The notes under the pieces were generated by a model. It saw only the letters and a list, made by a program, of their open reading frames with translations. It was not told the DNA's origin and searched no databases. The translations under genes were made by a program, and so were the position numbers. Below, one piece after another: positions 44,085 through 53,000 of a stretch of DNA of 64,000 bases (the stretch's first letter is position 1; every line of letters begins with the position of its first letter). The DNA comes from a virus, in IMG/VR virus record IMGVR_UViG_3300045988_179268, positions 160,001-224,000 of that record; one strand, written 5' to 3'.

Positions 44085-44945
44085 GTGCCACAAAACACAT
44101 CATTTAGGAACAACAGATTTGACTGGAATGAAGCTATACTAATGGGGTTACAGCCCCTACAGTACGTAAAGGTAAACGGGTACATGTCAGTTAAATATAT
44201 GCAGAGCATCAAAGGCACCTCCGAAGAGAACGAAGATGCTGTCGGCTATCAGGGCAACTATTATTGGGTTATTGATGGCGCAACCGCCCTATTCGAAAAC
44301 CCTATCTACCCACCCTTCACAGTAGCAGACATTGCGAACGACCTGAATGACACGCTACCAGAAAGCATTGACGACAATAAGTCACTAACCGAAATCCTGC
44401 ATGATGCGATTCAGACGGTCGCCCGATACCGCCTCTACACATCAGAGAACACGACCAGCCGCGAACAGTACGCAAAGTTACCGACGTTCGCCATTATGCT
44501 TATCAGAGTTGTGGGCGACACGCTGGAATACCTCTCGCTAGGCGACTGCTACCTTTCTGTCAATGGGAAAACGTTTACAGATAAACGCATTGAACCATTC
44601 GTTGCGAAGAATCGCGCCCTAATCCAGCAACTCATTAACGAAAACGGCTCCATTACGACAGAGCAACGCACACATATCTTCCAGGAGACACGACTCAAAG
44701 CTAACGCACCTAATGGATACCCCATCGGTAGTCTTGACCCGCACAGCGCATACGGTGCAAAAACGGGCACCATCAGCCTCCACAATATGAACGCCACCAT
44801 TATTCTATACTCAGACGGCTTTATGCCTTGCTATAATCCAGAGGAGCCTATCGAGAGTTCCCTAAAGAGCCTCGCATACTCAAATTGCACAGATAAAATT
44901 TATGGAAAGCGCGACGACGCTTCCGTCCTAGTAGTAGAGGTATAA
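44085..44945 (+). CDS. PP2C-like (PPM/SpoIIE-type) protein phosphatase, 286 aa
   Basis: NEDAVGYQGNYYWVIDGATA near the N-terminus, YSDGF, and a terminal DDASVLVVEV typical of PP2C_2-type phosphatases (recognised by eye). Confidence 0.6.
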   Translation: MPQNTSFRNNRFDWNEAILMGLQPLQYVKVNGYMSVKYMQSIKGTSEENEDAVGYQGNYYWVIDGATALFENPIYPPFTVADIANDLNDTLPESIDDNKSLTEILHDAIQTVARYRLYTSENTTSREQYAKLPTFAIMLIRVVGDTLEYLSLGDCYLSVNGKTFTDKRIEPFVAKNRALIQQLINENGSITTEQRTHIFQETRLKANAPNGYPIGSLDPHSAYGAKTGTISLHNMNATIILYSDGFMPCYNPEEPIESSLKSLAYSNCTDKIYGKRDDASVLVVEV

Positions 44946-44950
44946 ACCCT

Positions 44951-45733
44951 ATGACTCAGTATGTTCCCCTTGACGGCTACACTGTAACTGCAACCACCGC
45001 CACCTCCAGGCTGAATATGCCATTCACCTCTGATGAGGTAGCTGAGCTTGCCCGCGTTGTCGGTGGCGAGAATGTGGTTAATGCGCCGGTTGCTCGACTG
45101 GAGGAGTTGCGTTTAGACGATGAGGCGAAGGTTGCTGAATTAGCGCTTTCTGAGTCTGACTTCTATAGCTTCCTGGCAACGAACATCCTCTATGGCGCGC
45201 CGGTTACTGTAGTCTCTCAGATTGAAGATGAGGCTCTGCGTGAGAAGGCGCTACTATTTAAGGACACTATGGTACCTGTGGGTGTTGTGACGACTCACGA
45301 TGTTCGCCTCGCTAACGCCCTGGCAACTAGCCTCATTATTGAGGATTCTGACAGCAATATTGTTCTGACTGAGCGTGTGGCTGGTCTGCCTGTGGGTGCT
45401 GGGCTGTATGGTGTCTCTGCAACAAGCGGTGTCAGCATTGATGATGTCCTTGATGGGGCACCTGTTGTGGGCGCAGTCGCACGTGAGGCACGCAAGAGCC
45501 TTGGCGTAGACATTGATGCAGGCGATATTGTTATTCAGGGTATCGGTTTCGGTAAGACGAAGCATCAGCCTGCTATTCTCTGCCATGTGAAGCTGTCTCA
45601 CCCTCTGTCTGTCGAGGATATTCAGGTGGGCGACAAGAATAAGCGTGCTCTTCTTGTGGCGAAGGATGACCAGGAGTTCTTCGATAGTGTGCAGATGAGT
45701 GAAATTGCGCGCCTGCACTTAAGCAAGATTTAA
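44951..45733 (+). CDS. hypothetical protein, 260 aa, probably co-transcribed with the PP2C gene
   Basis: 5-nt gap to the upstream gene. Confidence 0.65.
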   Translation: MTQYVPLDGYTVTATTATSRLNMPFTSDEVAELARVVGGENVVNAPVARLEELRLDDEAKVAELALSESDFYSFLATNILYGAPVTVVSQIEDEALREKALLFKDTMVPVGVVTTHDVRLANALATSLIIEDSDSNIVLTERVAGLPVGAGLYGVSATSGVSIDDVLDGAPVVGAVAREARKSLGVDIDAGDIVIQGIGFGKTKHQPAILCHVKLSHPLSVEDIQVGDKNKRALLVAKDDQEFFDSVQMSEIARLHLSKI

Positions 45734-45748
45734 GTAACAGTATAGAGA

Positions 45749-45796
45749 TGATGCCCCTTCCAGGATGGTGAAAACCTAAATCTGGGAGGGGCATCA
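45749..45796 (+). terminator. hairpin terminator
   Basis: TGATGCCCCTTCC / GGGAGGGGCATCA. Confidence 0.65.
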
Positions 45797-45828
45797 CTAT
45801 GCCGCAAACACGCCATTCATCAAGTATT

Positions 45829-45839
45829 TGTGGTACACT
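45829..45839 (+). promoter_or_regulatory. extended -10 promoter motif (TGTGGTACACT)
   Basis: Upstream of ORF 45891. Confidence 0.7.
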
Positions 45840-45890
45840 ATTCATGTAAATTAATTATTTCCAATTCCTCTCAACTCAAGGAGTGAACAC

Positions 45891-46736
45891 ATGACCGCTT
45901 ACGCAGACATCGACCTTGCCGTCAAGGAAGAAGTCATGAAGCGTCTTCGCAAGCAGAACAAGACCCTTCACCAGGACGCTTGCGAAGCATTTAAGACCCG
46001 CCGCCTCGACATGACCAGCATTATTGCGCAGACATTCGACTTCTCTGAGGGGCTATGCTCATATATCCCCAAGAACATTAGCGATAGCGAATTTGAGAAC
46101 ATCATCTCTCGAAGCATTGTAGACGCAGATAACGCTGAACCTGTCGCTCGACTGTACTATGACCCCATTGAAGAGGATGTTAAGCGTTCCGAACTTACCC
46201 TGTATCGAGACGTTCTGCCTGAGTGGGAGAAGGACGAAGACCTTATCCGAGTACTGACTATGGACATCAGTATCCCCGACTGTAAGTATGATTGCACTTT
46301 CAACGTTGAGGAAGCCGCCCACATCAACCCCACTATGGAGGCACTGCTTCGCGTTGCCATTCTTGGCGACGAAGCACCTTCCCGCACTAAGATTTACGTG
46401 CTTATTTGGGGTTGCTATGCCTCTATCCGCGTCGCTCAGCTTCTCATCAACAAGTATCGTGGTTCTAGTGAGTCACCCGCATCGGATTGGGGCAAGCCTG
46501 ATTGGGAGGAGTTGTGTGATACTCACGCTCTAGCGTATTGCCTTGATACCGTTGATGACGCAGATATTGACCTTGATGCCTTGTATGCTATTGAGGATGA
46601 GGGTGAGAAGGAGCAGTTTGTGCGTGACTGGATTACTCATGAGTGGGCGGAGGCATATGCGGACTATGCGGAGTCCTTCTTGAGTGATTGGGCGAAGGAA
46701 GTTCAGGTTGAGATTGTGGACTACTCCCAAATGTAG
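45891..46736 (+). CDS. hypothetical acidic protein, 281 aa
   Basis: SD AAGGAG. Confidence 0.7.
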   Translation: MTAYADIDLAVKEEVMKRLRKQNKTLHQDACEAFKTRRLDMTSIIAQTFDFSEGLCSYIPKNISDSEFENIISRSIVDADNAEPVARLYYDPIEEDVKRSELTLYRDVLPEWEKDEDLIRVLTMDISIPDCKYDCTFNVEEAAHINPTMEALLRVAILGDEAPSRTKIYVLIWGCYASIRVAQLLINKYRGSSESPASDWGKPDWEELCDTHALAYCLDTVDDADIDLDALYAIEDEGEKEQFVRDWITHEWAEAYADYAESFLSDWAKEVQVEIVDYSQM

Positions 46737-46754
46737 GTGCTTTGTCACTGAATT

Positions 46755-46809
46755 AGCATATTGCCCCCATGCGACCGTTACTTATGATGTCGCATGGGGG
46801 TAATATGCT
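46755..46809 (+). terminator. 21-bp hairpin terminator
   Basis: AGCATATTGCCCCCATGCGAC / GTCGCATGGGGGTAATATGCT. Confidence 0.75.
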
Positions 46810-46837
46810 ATAGGTTCCAATTGCATATTTCTGAATT

Positions 46838-46848
46838 TGTGGTACACT
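46838..46848 (+). promoter_or_regulatory. extended -10 promoter motif (TGTGGTACACT)
   Basis: Upstream of ORF 46893. Confidence 0.7.
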
Positions 46849-46892
46849 GATTTGTAGTTAGAAATTTTCCTACATCTAAGGAGCGACATTCA

Positions 46893-47300
46893 ATGTCCAC
46901 CCCTAAGCACCTCACCGAGGCAACCCTCATTACCTTCAAGCCGACCTGCACGAATCAGGCACCCTCTGCTATCGACCTTGCTCGCATTGCGGCGACTGCC
47001 GCCGGTTACGGCGTAAATAAGGATAAGAAGACCGGCTATTGGCGAGTTTCCCTCATCACCAACAACGGCTCTAACCTGATGGGACCCGGCAAGGTAGGCA
47101 TGATTCAGGGCGAGGTTACGTCGGTAACCGTCGGTCAGAACACCACCAAGGAAGAAGTGCTCGAATATCTCGACAATGAGATGATGTTCGCAGTCCTCAC
47201 CCCCGGCGACACCACCACCAACATTAACTACGACACCGGCGAAGTCACCTTTGCGTTCAAGGGTACCGAGGAAGACTTCAATATCTTCCTGATTGACTAG
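46893..47300 (+). CDS. hypothetical protein, 135 aa
   Basis: SD AAGGAG; antisense ORF 46890-47315 rejected. Confidence 0.7.
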   Translation: MSTPKHLTEATLITFKPTCTNQAPSAIDLARIAATAAGYGVNKDKKTGYWRVSLITNNGSNLMGPGKVGMIQGEVTSVTVGQNTTKEEVLEYLDNEMMFAVLTPGDTTTNINYDTGEVTFAFKGTEEDFNIFLID

Positions 47301-47315
47301 GCGGATATAGCCCAC

Positions 47316-47738
47316 ATGATGAAGAAGGAAACTGAAAAGATTGAGTTCTATCTAGAGGGCATCTGTGAGCTACCAGCATACCAGCGCCAGCTAGTGAACG
47401 ATGTAGTTAATCATGCAGACACTATCACTCTCCAGCCAGGGCGATACTTACCGTCAATACTGGAAGTCCTTGTGGGGCGCGCAGTATTCAGCAATAGCGC
47501 TACGGGTGAAACCATTATGCACCCAGAATCAGAGATTTACCACGCCGCCCCACAACCAGCAGTCTTCCCATACCTAGAGAAAGTGCTGGAACCTGGCATT
47601 GATTGGGGTGAGGATGAACACCCTCAGCCCAAGACTTTTCGCATCAAGAAGATTGAGCTACCCACCTTTAACAAGCAAACAAAACTGCATGACTATCTCA
47701 CAGTAACTCTTTTCACCACCCCTATTACCTCAAACTAA
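47316..47738 (+). CDS. hypothetical protein, 140 aa
   Basis: Operon position; weak SD. Confidence 0.6.
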   Translation: MMKKETEKIEFYLEGICELPAYQRQLVNDVVNHADTITLQPGRYLPSILEVLVGRAVFSNSATGETIMHPESEIYHAAPQPAVFPYLEKVLEPGIDWGEDEHPQPKTFRIKKIELPTFNKQTKLHDYLTVTLFTTPITSN

Positions 47739-47756
47739 AAGGATAAGCTACCAATA

Positions 47757-48095
47757 ATGAGTAACACCACCTTTGAACTTCGATATGCCCGGATGCACAC
47801 CCGCAAGTACCTCAAGGGAAAAATGTCGCCCGCCTACGACAATAGGGACGTACACGATGCCTCCCTCAACACGAAGTACGACATGACCGTCACTATGAGC
47901 ATGGTTGAGCGCGACAGCTGGCGCTTACACAATGTGACTGTCCCTAGAGAGAATGTCACTGTTATTGGCGACCTTCGGAACGGGGAGCCTTACGTCATTG
48001 CTGATGATGATTTCAAGCGCTTTGAGGTGCATATTGACATGACCTTTGTTCACGGTGACATGATTAATTTTGTAGTCCCTGAGGTTAATTTCTAA
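47757..48095 (+). CDS. hypothetical protein, 112 aa
   Basis: SD AAAGGA; the stop codon overlaps the end of the TnpB element. Confidence 0.65.
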   Translation: MSNTTFELRYARMHTRKYLKGKMSPAYDNRDVHDASLNTKYDMTVTMSMVERDSWRLHNVTVPRENVTVIGDLRNGEPYVIADDDFKRFEVHIDMTFVHGDMINFVVPEVNF

Positions 48096-48153
48096 CCGTA
48101 ACTGGGAATAACGAAAATCGCGAAACGATACTCGCTATTCCCAGGTTAATTTT

Positions 48154-48327
48154 AGGGTTTTTCAACCCAAGGTCTTACGGCTAACCTACTCCACATAAGC
48201 TCACCTGGTTTCAACTAAAGAGCCACACAACCAGACTTATCACTTACGCTTCTAAGGAGAACACTACCTTAAAGGGAGATGCGCCACTGCCTTGCGTGGC
48301 TACATCTGTATAAGGCTGTATGTAAGT
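48154..48327 (-). ncRNA. candidate omega-RNA scaffold region of the TnpB element
   Basis: Non-coding stretch between the tnpB stop and the terminal hairpin, which is where omega RNAs are encoded in characterised TnpB loci. No transcript evidence. Confidence 0.3.
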
Positions 48328-49644
48328 TTATTTTACGCTATCTTTGTAGCCTTGTCCACGTCGCGCGATAACGTATGCGGCACCAACATGTGTGTTTAGT
48401 TTCATTGTTGGGCAGTAGAGTTGTTTCGCTAACCATGATGTCCACGCGGGGTTTACACGCCTCACAGATATAGCGCTCCTGTAGGCGCGTCGCTCGATTT
48501 TGTCTATAAACTGCCGATACGCAAGTGAGTGTAGCATCTCGTTGTACTTCCGCCCCTGTTTACGTAGGGTGCTTGCTTTTGCAGTCTTGAAGTTAAGGTC
48601 CTCAACGCAGATGTCCTTTCCTGTCGTTAGCGCGCGTTCCACAACCTTTGTCGCAATCAACTCTAAATCTGTGGACGTTCTATTTCCTGCCTTGAAACGA
48701 TAGGGTAGGAGTTGCGTGTCGGTTAGGTGTCCATACTGGTTCGTTTCCGCTAGGGTCACGAAGCCCTTGTTGAAGTCTAAGCCAATGGTTCCATGCGTGG
48801 AACGTGTCTGAAAGTCGCTCTTGTCCATCTGAATTTCAAAGGTGCAGTACAGGTAGAAACGTCCACGCTTTTTAATAATTTTGAAGCTCAAAGGGGTGTT
48901 GCGCTGGCGGAGCGCCTCTTTAATCCACCTTTTATGGTGGTTAAAATACACGCGACCGTAAACATACTTATCCTTAGCGTTCTTAAACCCGCCAATATCC
49001 TTGCGCAACCTCAGTTCAAACTGATTGTTCTTCGAGTTAAACCACAAATGCAAGATTTGGTTACCTGATGCTTCACTCTTCGAGCCAATAAACGACATAT
49101 GGGCGTCGCGTCTATCTATAAAAGCTTGGTAATCGGTTTGTAAGAGCCGCTTGCTACCAAAGCAGATTTCGTGCCGCCCAGATTCTATCTGGTAGCTCAA
49201 GTTTGCTGATTTTTGCTTCAGCTTATTGAGCTTACTTTTCTGAGCGACAAGCTTCCGTTTAAGGTTTCGGTACTTACCTAGACAGACAGGCAAACCTGTC
49301 TTTAGCGCGGACTTTCCAACCTCTAGGGCGTGGATATTGGCTTCTAGGACTTTGATTTTGTGGGCTAGTTGCTTTTGCTCATGAGCTTTCAGCTCTTTTA
49401 GTGCGTTGAGCTGACCTTGCGCATCGGCAATGATGGAGTTCGCTGTTCGTTTCAGAATTCCGTAAGTTTTTTGAAGATGGGTGTTGTAGCTAGATTTGTT
49501 AAAATCTGGACTGTTTCTGATAGCGTAGAAAGTTTTTCGCTGAGCCTGCGCGTAAGTCCCGCGAGCGCTCTCGAAATAATCGATAATGTCTTGGTTATTC
49601 TTTTCATGAAGCTGTGTCACAGTAGTGAACTTACGCTTAATCAC
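48328..49644 (-). CDS. tnpB: TnpB-like protein, divergent: no zinc ribbon, His where the RuvC-III Asp is expected, 438 aa
   Basis: GTG start behind AGGGGAG. IGLDFNKGFVTLAE (Asp), ICVEDLNFKT (Glu), RVNPAWTSW, NTHVGAAYVIARRG. Confidence 0.8.
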   Translation of the reverse strand: MIKRKFTTVTQLHEKNNQDIIDYFESARGTYAQAQRKTFYAIRNSPDFNKSSYNTHLQKTYGILKRTANSIIADAQGQLNALKELKAHEQKQLAHKIKVLEANIHALEVGKSALKTGLPVCLGKYRNLKRKLVAQKSKLNKLKQKSANLSYQIESGRHEICFGSKRLLQTDYQAFIDRRDAHMSFIGSKSEASGNQILHLWFNSKNNQFELRLRKDIGGFKNAKDKYVYGRVYFNHHKRWIKEALRQRNTPLSFKIIKKRGRFYLYCTFEIQMDKSDFQTRSTHGTIGLDFNKGFVTLAETNQYGHLTDTQLLPYRFKAGNRTSTDLELIATKVVERALTTGKDICVEDLNFKTAKASTLRKQGRKYNEMLHSLAYRQFIDKIERRAYRSAISVRRVNPAWTSWLAKQLYCPTMKLNTHVGAAYVIARRGQGYKDSVK

Positions 49645-49699
49645 GCTTCTCCCCTTACATCTTGTAACTTAAACCCATTAGCAAGTTCCTCAGTACTCA

Positions 49700-49711
49700 C
49701 ATAATACCATA
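49700..49711 (-). promoter_or_regulatory. extended -10-like motif (TATGGTATTATG) upstream of tnpB
   Basis: Fits TGNTANNNT on the minus strand. Confidence 0.4.
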
Positions 49712-49831
49712 CACCCAATGAATACAAAGCACGAAAAATAGGAATAATTTCATTGTTTTTCTACATTATCTGAAACTGCTGATTTACCCCCTCTCCTATT
49801 TCTACCCAAGCATTGTCGAAGCCCTTAAATA

Positions 49832-49842
49832 TGTGGTACAAT
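49832..49842 (+). promoter_or_regulatory. extended -10 promoter motif (TGTGGTACAAT)
   Basis: TTAAATATGTGGTACAATTTAAC. Confidence 0.7.
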
Positions 49843-49877
49843 TTAACTAAGTATTTTTCTAAATAGAAGGAACTATT

Positions 49878-51059
49878 ATGCACATCTATGATAAGCATGG
49901 AAACACCCTGCATTCCCTCAAGGCAGGCGAAGAAGTCATCATCTTCAAGAAGGGAATTATTGCACCCAGGGCAGAACACACCTTTGGCAACCCCAATGTA
50001 ATTTTGGGCAACATCCTTGCCGCAACCAACACATCCGCCCTATTTATGCAGTGGAACACATCAGCCCCTACCCACCGCATCCCTGTAGGTAACGCTAAGA
50101 CTAACGCTCGAACCCTTCTCTACCCCCTCACTGACCAGGAACGACCTTACGGTATTGAAAGTATCCAGACTTGCGGTAAGAACCACCGCTACCGCGACAT
50201 TATGGAAGCTTACGCCTGGGCTAAGCACTACCTCACCACAAGCCCTGTTTACAGTTCCGCGCAGATGCAGAAGAAGCTGTCTGACGGCGCATACAAGAGC
50301 GACCTCAACTTCTCCGCCGAAGAACAGTTGAAAGAAAGCCTCTGCAACACGCTAGCGTCAGTCATTACGCTCACCACCTCCCTATTCCAGGCGGCGAAGT
50401 CCGAAGCGCTAGAAGCTAACGCTAAGGCGCTGAACGCGGTCAATAACCGCTACACCGTCGCCATGCACAACTTCACTGCGCTAGAGGCTGACACGGAGCG
50501 ACACTTCCTGCACGAACGTCTCCTAGTGGCAACTGGTGACATCCTGCGCCTCCATCTGCCCGGCGGAATTGTCCACTACGCGCAGGTGACAGGATTCACG
50601 AAGAAGGGCGATGGCGTGTACCAGGTTCATCTAATGTATGGCAACGGTAATGCTGGTAGCGTCATGCATACTCGCGACCGTGTAATGAATGGTTACATTT
50701 TGGAGGGTGTAGATGCGGCTATCACCGCTGAGAGCATTGACGTTCTCCCTCTTAAATCTATTCAGCAGGCGGAAAGTTGGGCAAGTAAAGCAGAATGGCG
50801 TAAGGTAGGCGAGAATAGCCGCGAAAGCATTATTGCCGCATACGAGAACAATGCCGCAACCCCTGAGGTATTTAAAGCTCCCCTGCGAGAAATTCACCTG
50901 TACCCCAACCCCTATGAAGTAGACCGTCACTATGACATGGAGGACATGCTTGAAGAAGTTCTACTTGAAAACTTCTACACCGAAGGTGAAGGCTACCAGG
51001 CATACCGCAAGGCAGTAGAAGCCCTCACTAATATTATTGCTCACATCAAAACCTGCTAA
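49878..51059 (+). CDS. two-barrel (GD-motif) paralog family member, 393 aa
   Basis: LKAGEEVIIFKKG N-terminus and VATGDILRLHLPGGIVHYAQVTG second barrel. Confidence 0.8.
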   Translation: MHIYDKHGNTLHSLKAGEEVIIFKKGIIAPRAEHTFGNPNVILGNILAATNTSALFMQWNTSAPTHRIPVGNAKTNARTLLYPLTDQERPYGIESIQTCGKNHRYRDIMEAYAWAKHYLTTSPVYSSAQMQKKLSDGAYKSDLNFSAEEQLKESLCNTLASVITLTTSLFQAAKSEALEANAKALNAVNNRYTVAMHNFTALEADTERHFLHERLLVATGDILRLHLPGGIVHYAQVTGFTKKGDGVYQVHLMYGNGNAGSVMHTRDRVMNGYILEGVDAAITAESIDVLPLKSIQQAESWASKAEWRKVGENSRESIIAAYENNAATPEVFKAPLREIHLYPNPYEVDRHYDMEDMLEEVLLENFYTEGEGYQAYRKAVEALTNIIAHIKTC

Positions 51060-51076
51060 AAGGAGTTTAACCTCAT

Positions 51077-51829
51077 ATGATTAAGACTGATAGTCGAGAG
51101 TTAATGACTGACCAGCAGAGGTGGGTTATGGACAATCTGCTAGGCGAAACGGTAACTAGCACCCAATATGAGGTAGCTAACCTTCCCGCCTATGGTATCC
51201 GTGGTTCACGAAGCTACCAGCCATACATCATTGCGACGAACCAGCTGGGCATGAAAATCTACGAGCCTGTTTCTAGGCTTATCAATAAGTCGTCTATCGA
51301 CAGCCAGGGGTATCTCACAGCCCTTCTAAAGCAGGTGGGCGAGGATGATGACGCTACCTTGCGTCTCATTGAACATTTCTGTGTACTATCCACTAATGTT
51401 GATAGTGGTTCGCACTGGGTGCCAGTGAAGCGTGACCGCAAGGCGGGACATGTGGGTAAGTCCTACCGCCTTATGCCCATTGGAAGGGACTATGTGGTGC
51501 TTCGCCTATGGAACCAGACAGCGGAATTGGCGAACGTGGGTGAGTTCCTGCCGTTTTCCGCATGGCAGACCATCAGTTCCTCGGAGTGGGCGGAGATTGC
51601 GCCACGTCAGCGAGGGGTTATCCCTCATGCCTCCCTGGGTAATGGTGACGACAAGTCGGCTCTTGCCTTGGTTGCGCAGTGGAAGAGCGGTTCTGTAGCG
51701 ATTAGCGATGTGGAGGTGAATCCAGGTAGGGTTTCCCTCGACTTCACTGCCGCAACATACGCTTTCACAGCAGATTCTCATAACATTAAATATGCCGACT
51801 TCATTATCCCCCTAGAGGAGCTTGCGTAA
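51077..51829 (+). CDS. hypothetical protein, 250 aa
   Basis: SD AAAGGAG. Confidence 0.7.
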   Translation: MIKTDSRELMTDQQRWVMDNLLGETVTSTQYEVANLPAYGIRGSRSYQPYIIATNQLGMKIYEPVSRLINKSSIDSQGYLTALLKQVGEDDDATLRLIEHFCVLSTNVDSGSHWVPVKRDRKAGHVGKSYRLMPIGRDYVVLRLWNQTAELANVGEFLPFSAWQTISSSEWAEIAPRQRGVIPHASLGNGDDKSALALVAQWKSGSVAISDVEVNPGRVSLDFTAATYAFTADSHNIKYADFIIPLEELA

Positions 51830-51842
51830 TCTGGAGGTCGTT

Positions 51843-51888
51843 TACCGTTGCTGGTGGTAAAATTATTTCTGTGCCACTCGCAACGGTA
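51843..51888 (+). terminator. hairpin (TACCGTTGC / GCAACGGTA)
   Basis: After the stop of 51077-51829. Confidence 0.5.
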
Positions 51889-51908
51889 GTTGCGCAACCT
51901 TCAAAATA

Positions 51909-51919
51909 TGTGGTATAGT
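51909..51919 (+). promoter_or_regulatory. extended -10 promoter motif (TGTGGTATAGT)
   Basis: Followed by an approximately 110-nt leader before ORF 52033. Confidence 0.65.
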
Positions 51920-52032
51920 TTAGGTAGATTGAAATTTGAGGTGGCTACAGGGAGGAAACCTGAAAGCACCTACAAACCAACCACAGCTCAAAGAATACCT
52001 GTGGCGACCGCTACCCCCTAAGGAGAGACGCA

Positions 52033-52998
52033 ATGACTTCAAGTAACCCACAAGTCAAGAACGCAATCAACATCATCAACAACACCCTAGAGAGCATGAA
52101 GAAGCCATCCCAGTATGGCACGGAACTCACTAAGGACAAGCTGGATAAAATTGCAACCCCTGAACTGGGGTATCTGCTGAACATTATGCATCAGCAGTGG
52201 GAAATCATTAAGACCGTAGGTGTCACTACCAACAGTGGTGAAAAGCGACGCAATTACGAGCGTGCAACCAATATCCTGCGCGAAACGCTCATCACCATCC
52301 TGGACGAAGGTCATAAGACCAACTCCCGCAAGCAGGAAGTCCGCAAGGAATACTACACTAAGCTTGCACGTCACGCCGGTAAGCTCAACGCAATCTGGCA
52401 CAGCATCACCCCTATCGGAACCCCTCGAAAGACCCCTAACGCACCCTACACGGAGGAATACATGGAACGCCGCAACACTCTTAACGCCGACAAGGAACTG
52501 AACACCCTGCGCGGAATCAACGCCGCAAACATCATCACCCTCTGGGAAGCTGAACTGCGTAAGTCCGTAGCGAAGGCTAACAAGAACGCCCTCGATGAAA
52601 GCATCCGAACCATCTACGCAAGTGGCAGTAAGGACACTGAGGCGAAGGGTGTAGCAAGCCGCGCGGCAACCGGCGCTAACTACATCAAGAACACCGTTAT
52701 GCGTAACCTTGACTCCGCAATGGAACAGCTTAACACCATCATCGACTCCACTAGCGACCTCATTATCAAGCGTGAGAACCAGCTGACCAGTGAAGCACTT
52801 AGTGACAGTGGTGAAAACATCCTGCACCTCATCAAGACCCCTAAGAAGGGTTCTGCTGACGGCAAGGAAGTGAAGCGTAAGGCTGAACAGGTTAGCCAGC
52901 ACCTCAAGGCGTACAGTGAAATCACCAGCGAAGATAAGAAGTTTGAAGATATTGACGCTGACATGTACATTGACCAGTTGCTCAAGGACGGTGAATAG
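52033..52998 (+). CDS. hypothetical coiled-coil protein, 321 aa; paralog of 6876-7757
   Basis: SD TAAGGAG; antisense ORF 52087-52902 rejected. Confidence 0.75.
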   Translation: MTSSNPQVKNAINIINNTLESMKKPSQYGTELTKDKLDKIATPELGYLLNIMHQQWEIIKTVGVTTNSGEKRRNYERATNILRETLITILDEGHKTNSRKQEVRKEYYTKLARHAGKLNAIWHSITPIGTPRKTPNAPYTEEYMERRNTLNADKELNTLRGINAANIITLWEAELRKSVAKANKNALDESIRTIYASGSKDTEAKGVASRAATGANYIKNTVMRNLDSAMEQLNTIIDSTSDLIIKRENQLTSEALSDSGENILHLIKTPKKGSADGKEVKRKAEQVSQHLKAYSEITSEDKKFEDIDADMYIDQLLKDGE

Positions 52999-53000
52999 CC

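Larger units (their letters stand above)
48094..49794 (-). mobile_element. TnpB-only IS200/IS605-like element, about 1.7 kb, with a mini-copy at 13446-13548
   Basis: Both termini (48094-48153 and 49745-49794) recur, joined, at 13446-13548. Subterminal hairpin CTGGGAATA 48102-10 / TATTCCCAG 48136-44. Confidence 0.7.

Noticed and set aside
44951-45733. Possible Nudix box (VAREARKSLGV) in the gene after the PP2C
   Set aside because: The G-x5-E and EE positions do not fit, so at most it is a degenerate fold. A by-eye match is insufficient.
46890-47315. 141-aa minus-strand ORF mirroring 46893-47300
   Set aside because: It has no signals. The + strand gene has a promoter and AAGGAG.
48082-48152. 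10-bp direct repeat AGGTTAATTT flanking the terminal hairpin, considered as a target-site duplication of a separate 51-bp mini-insertion
   Set aside because: The mini-copy at 13446-13548 carries the hairpin with only the inner repeat and no matching outer repeat, so a TSD model does not hold for both copies. The repeat is noted under the element finding instead.
52087-52902. 271-aa minus-strand ORF inside 52033-52998
   Set aside because: It is the antisense shadow of a K/E-rich coiled-coil gene (V/L/G/F-rich) and has no start signals.
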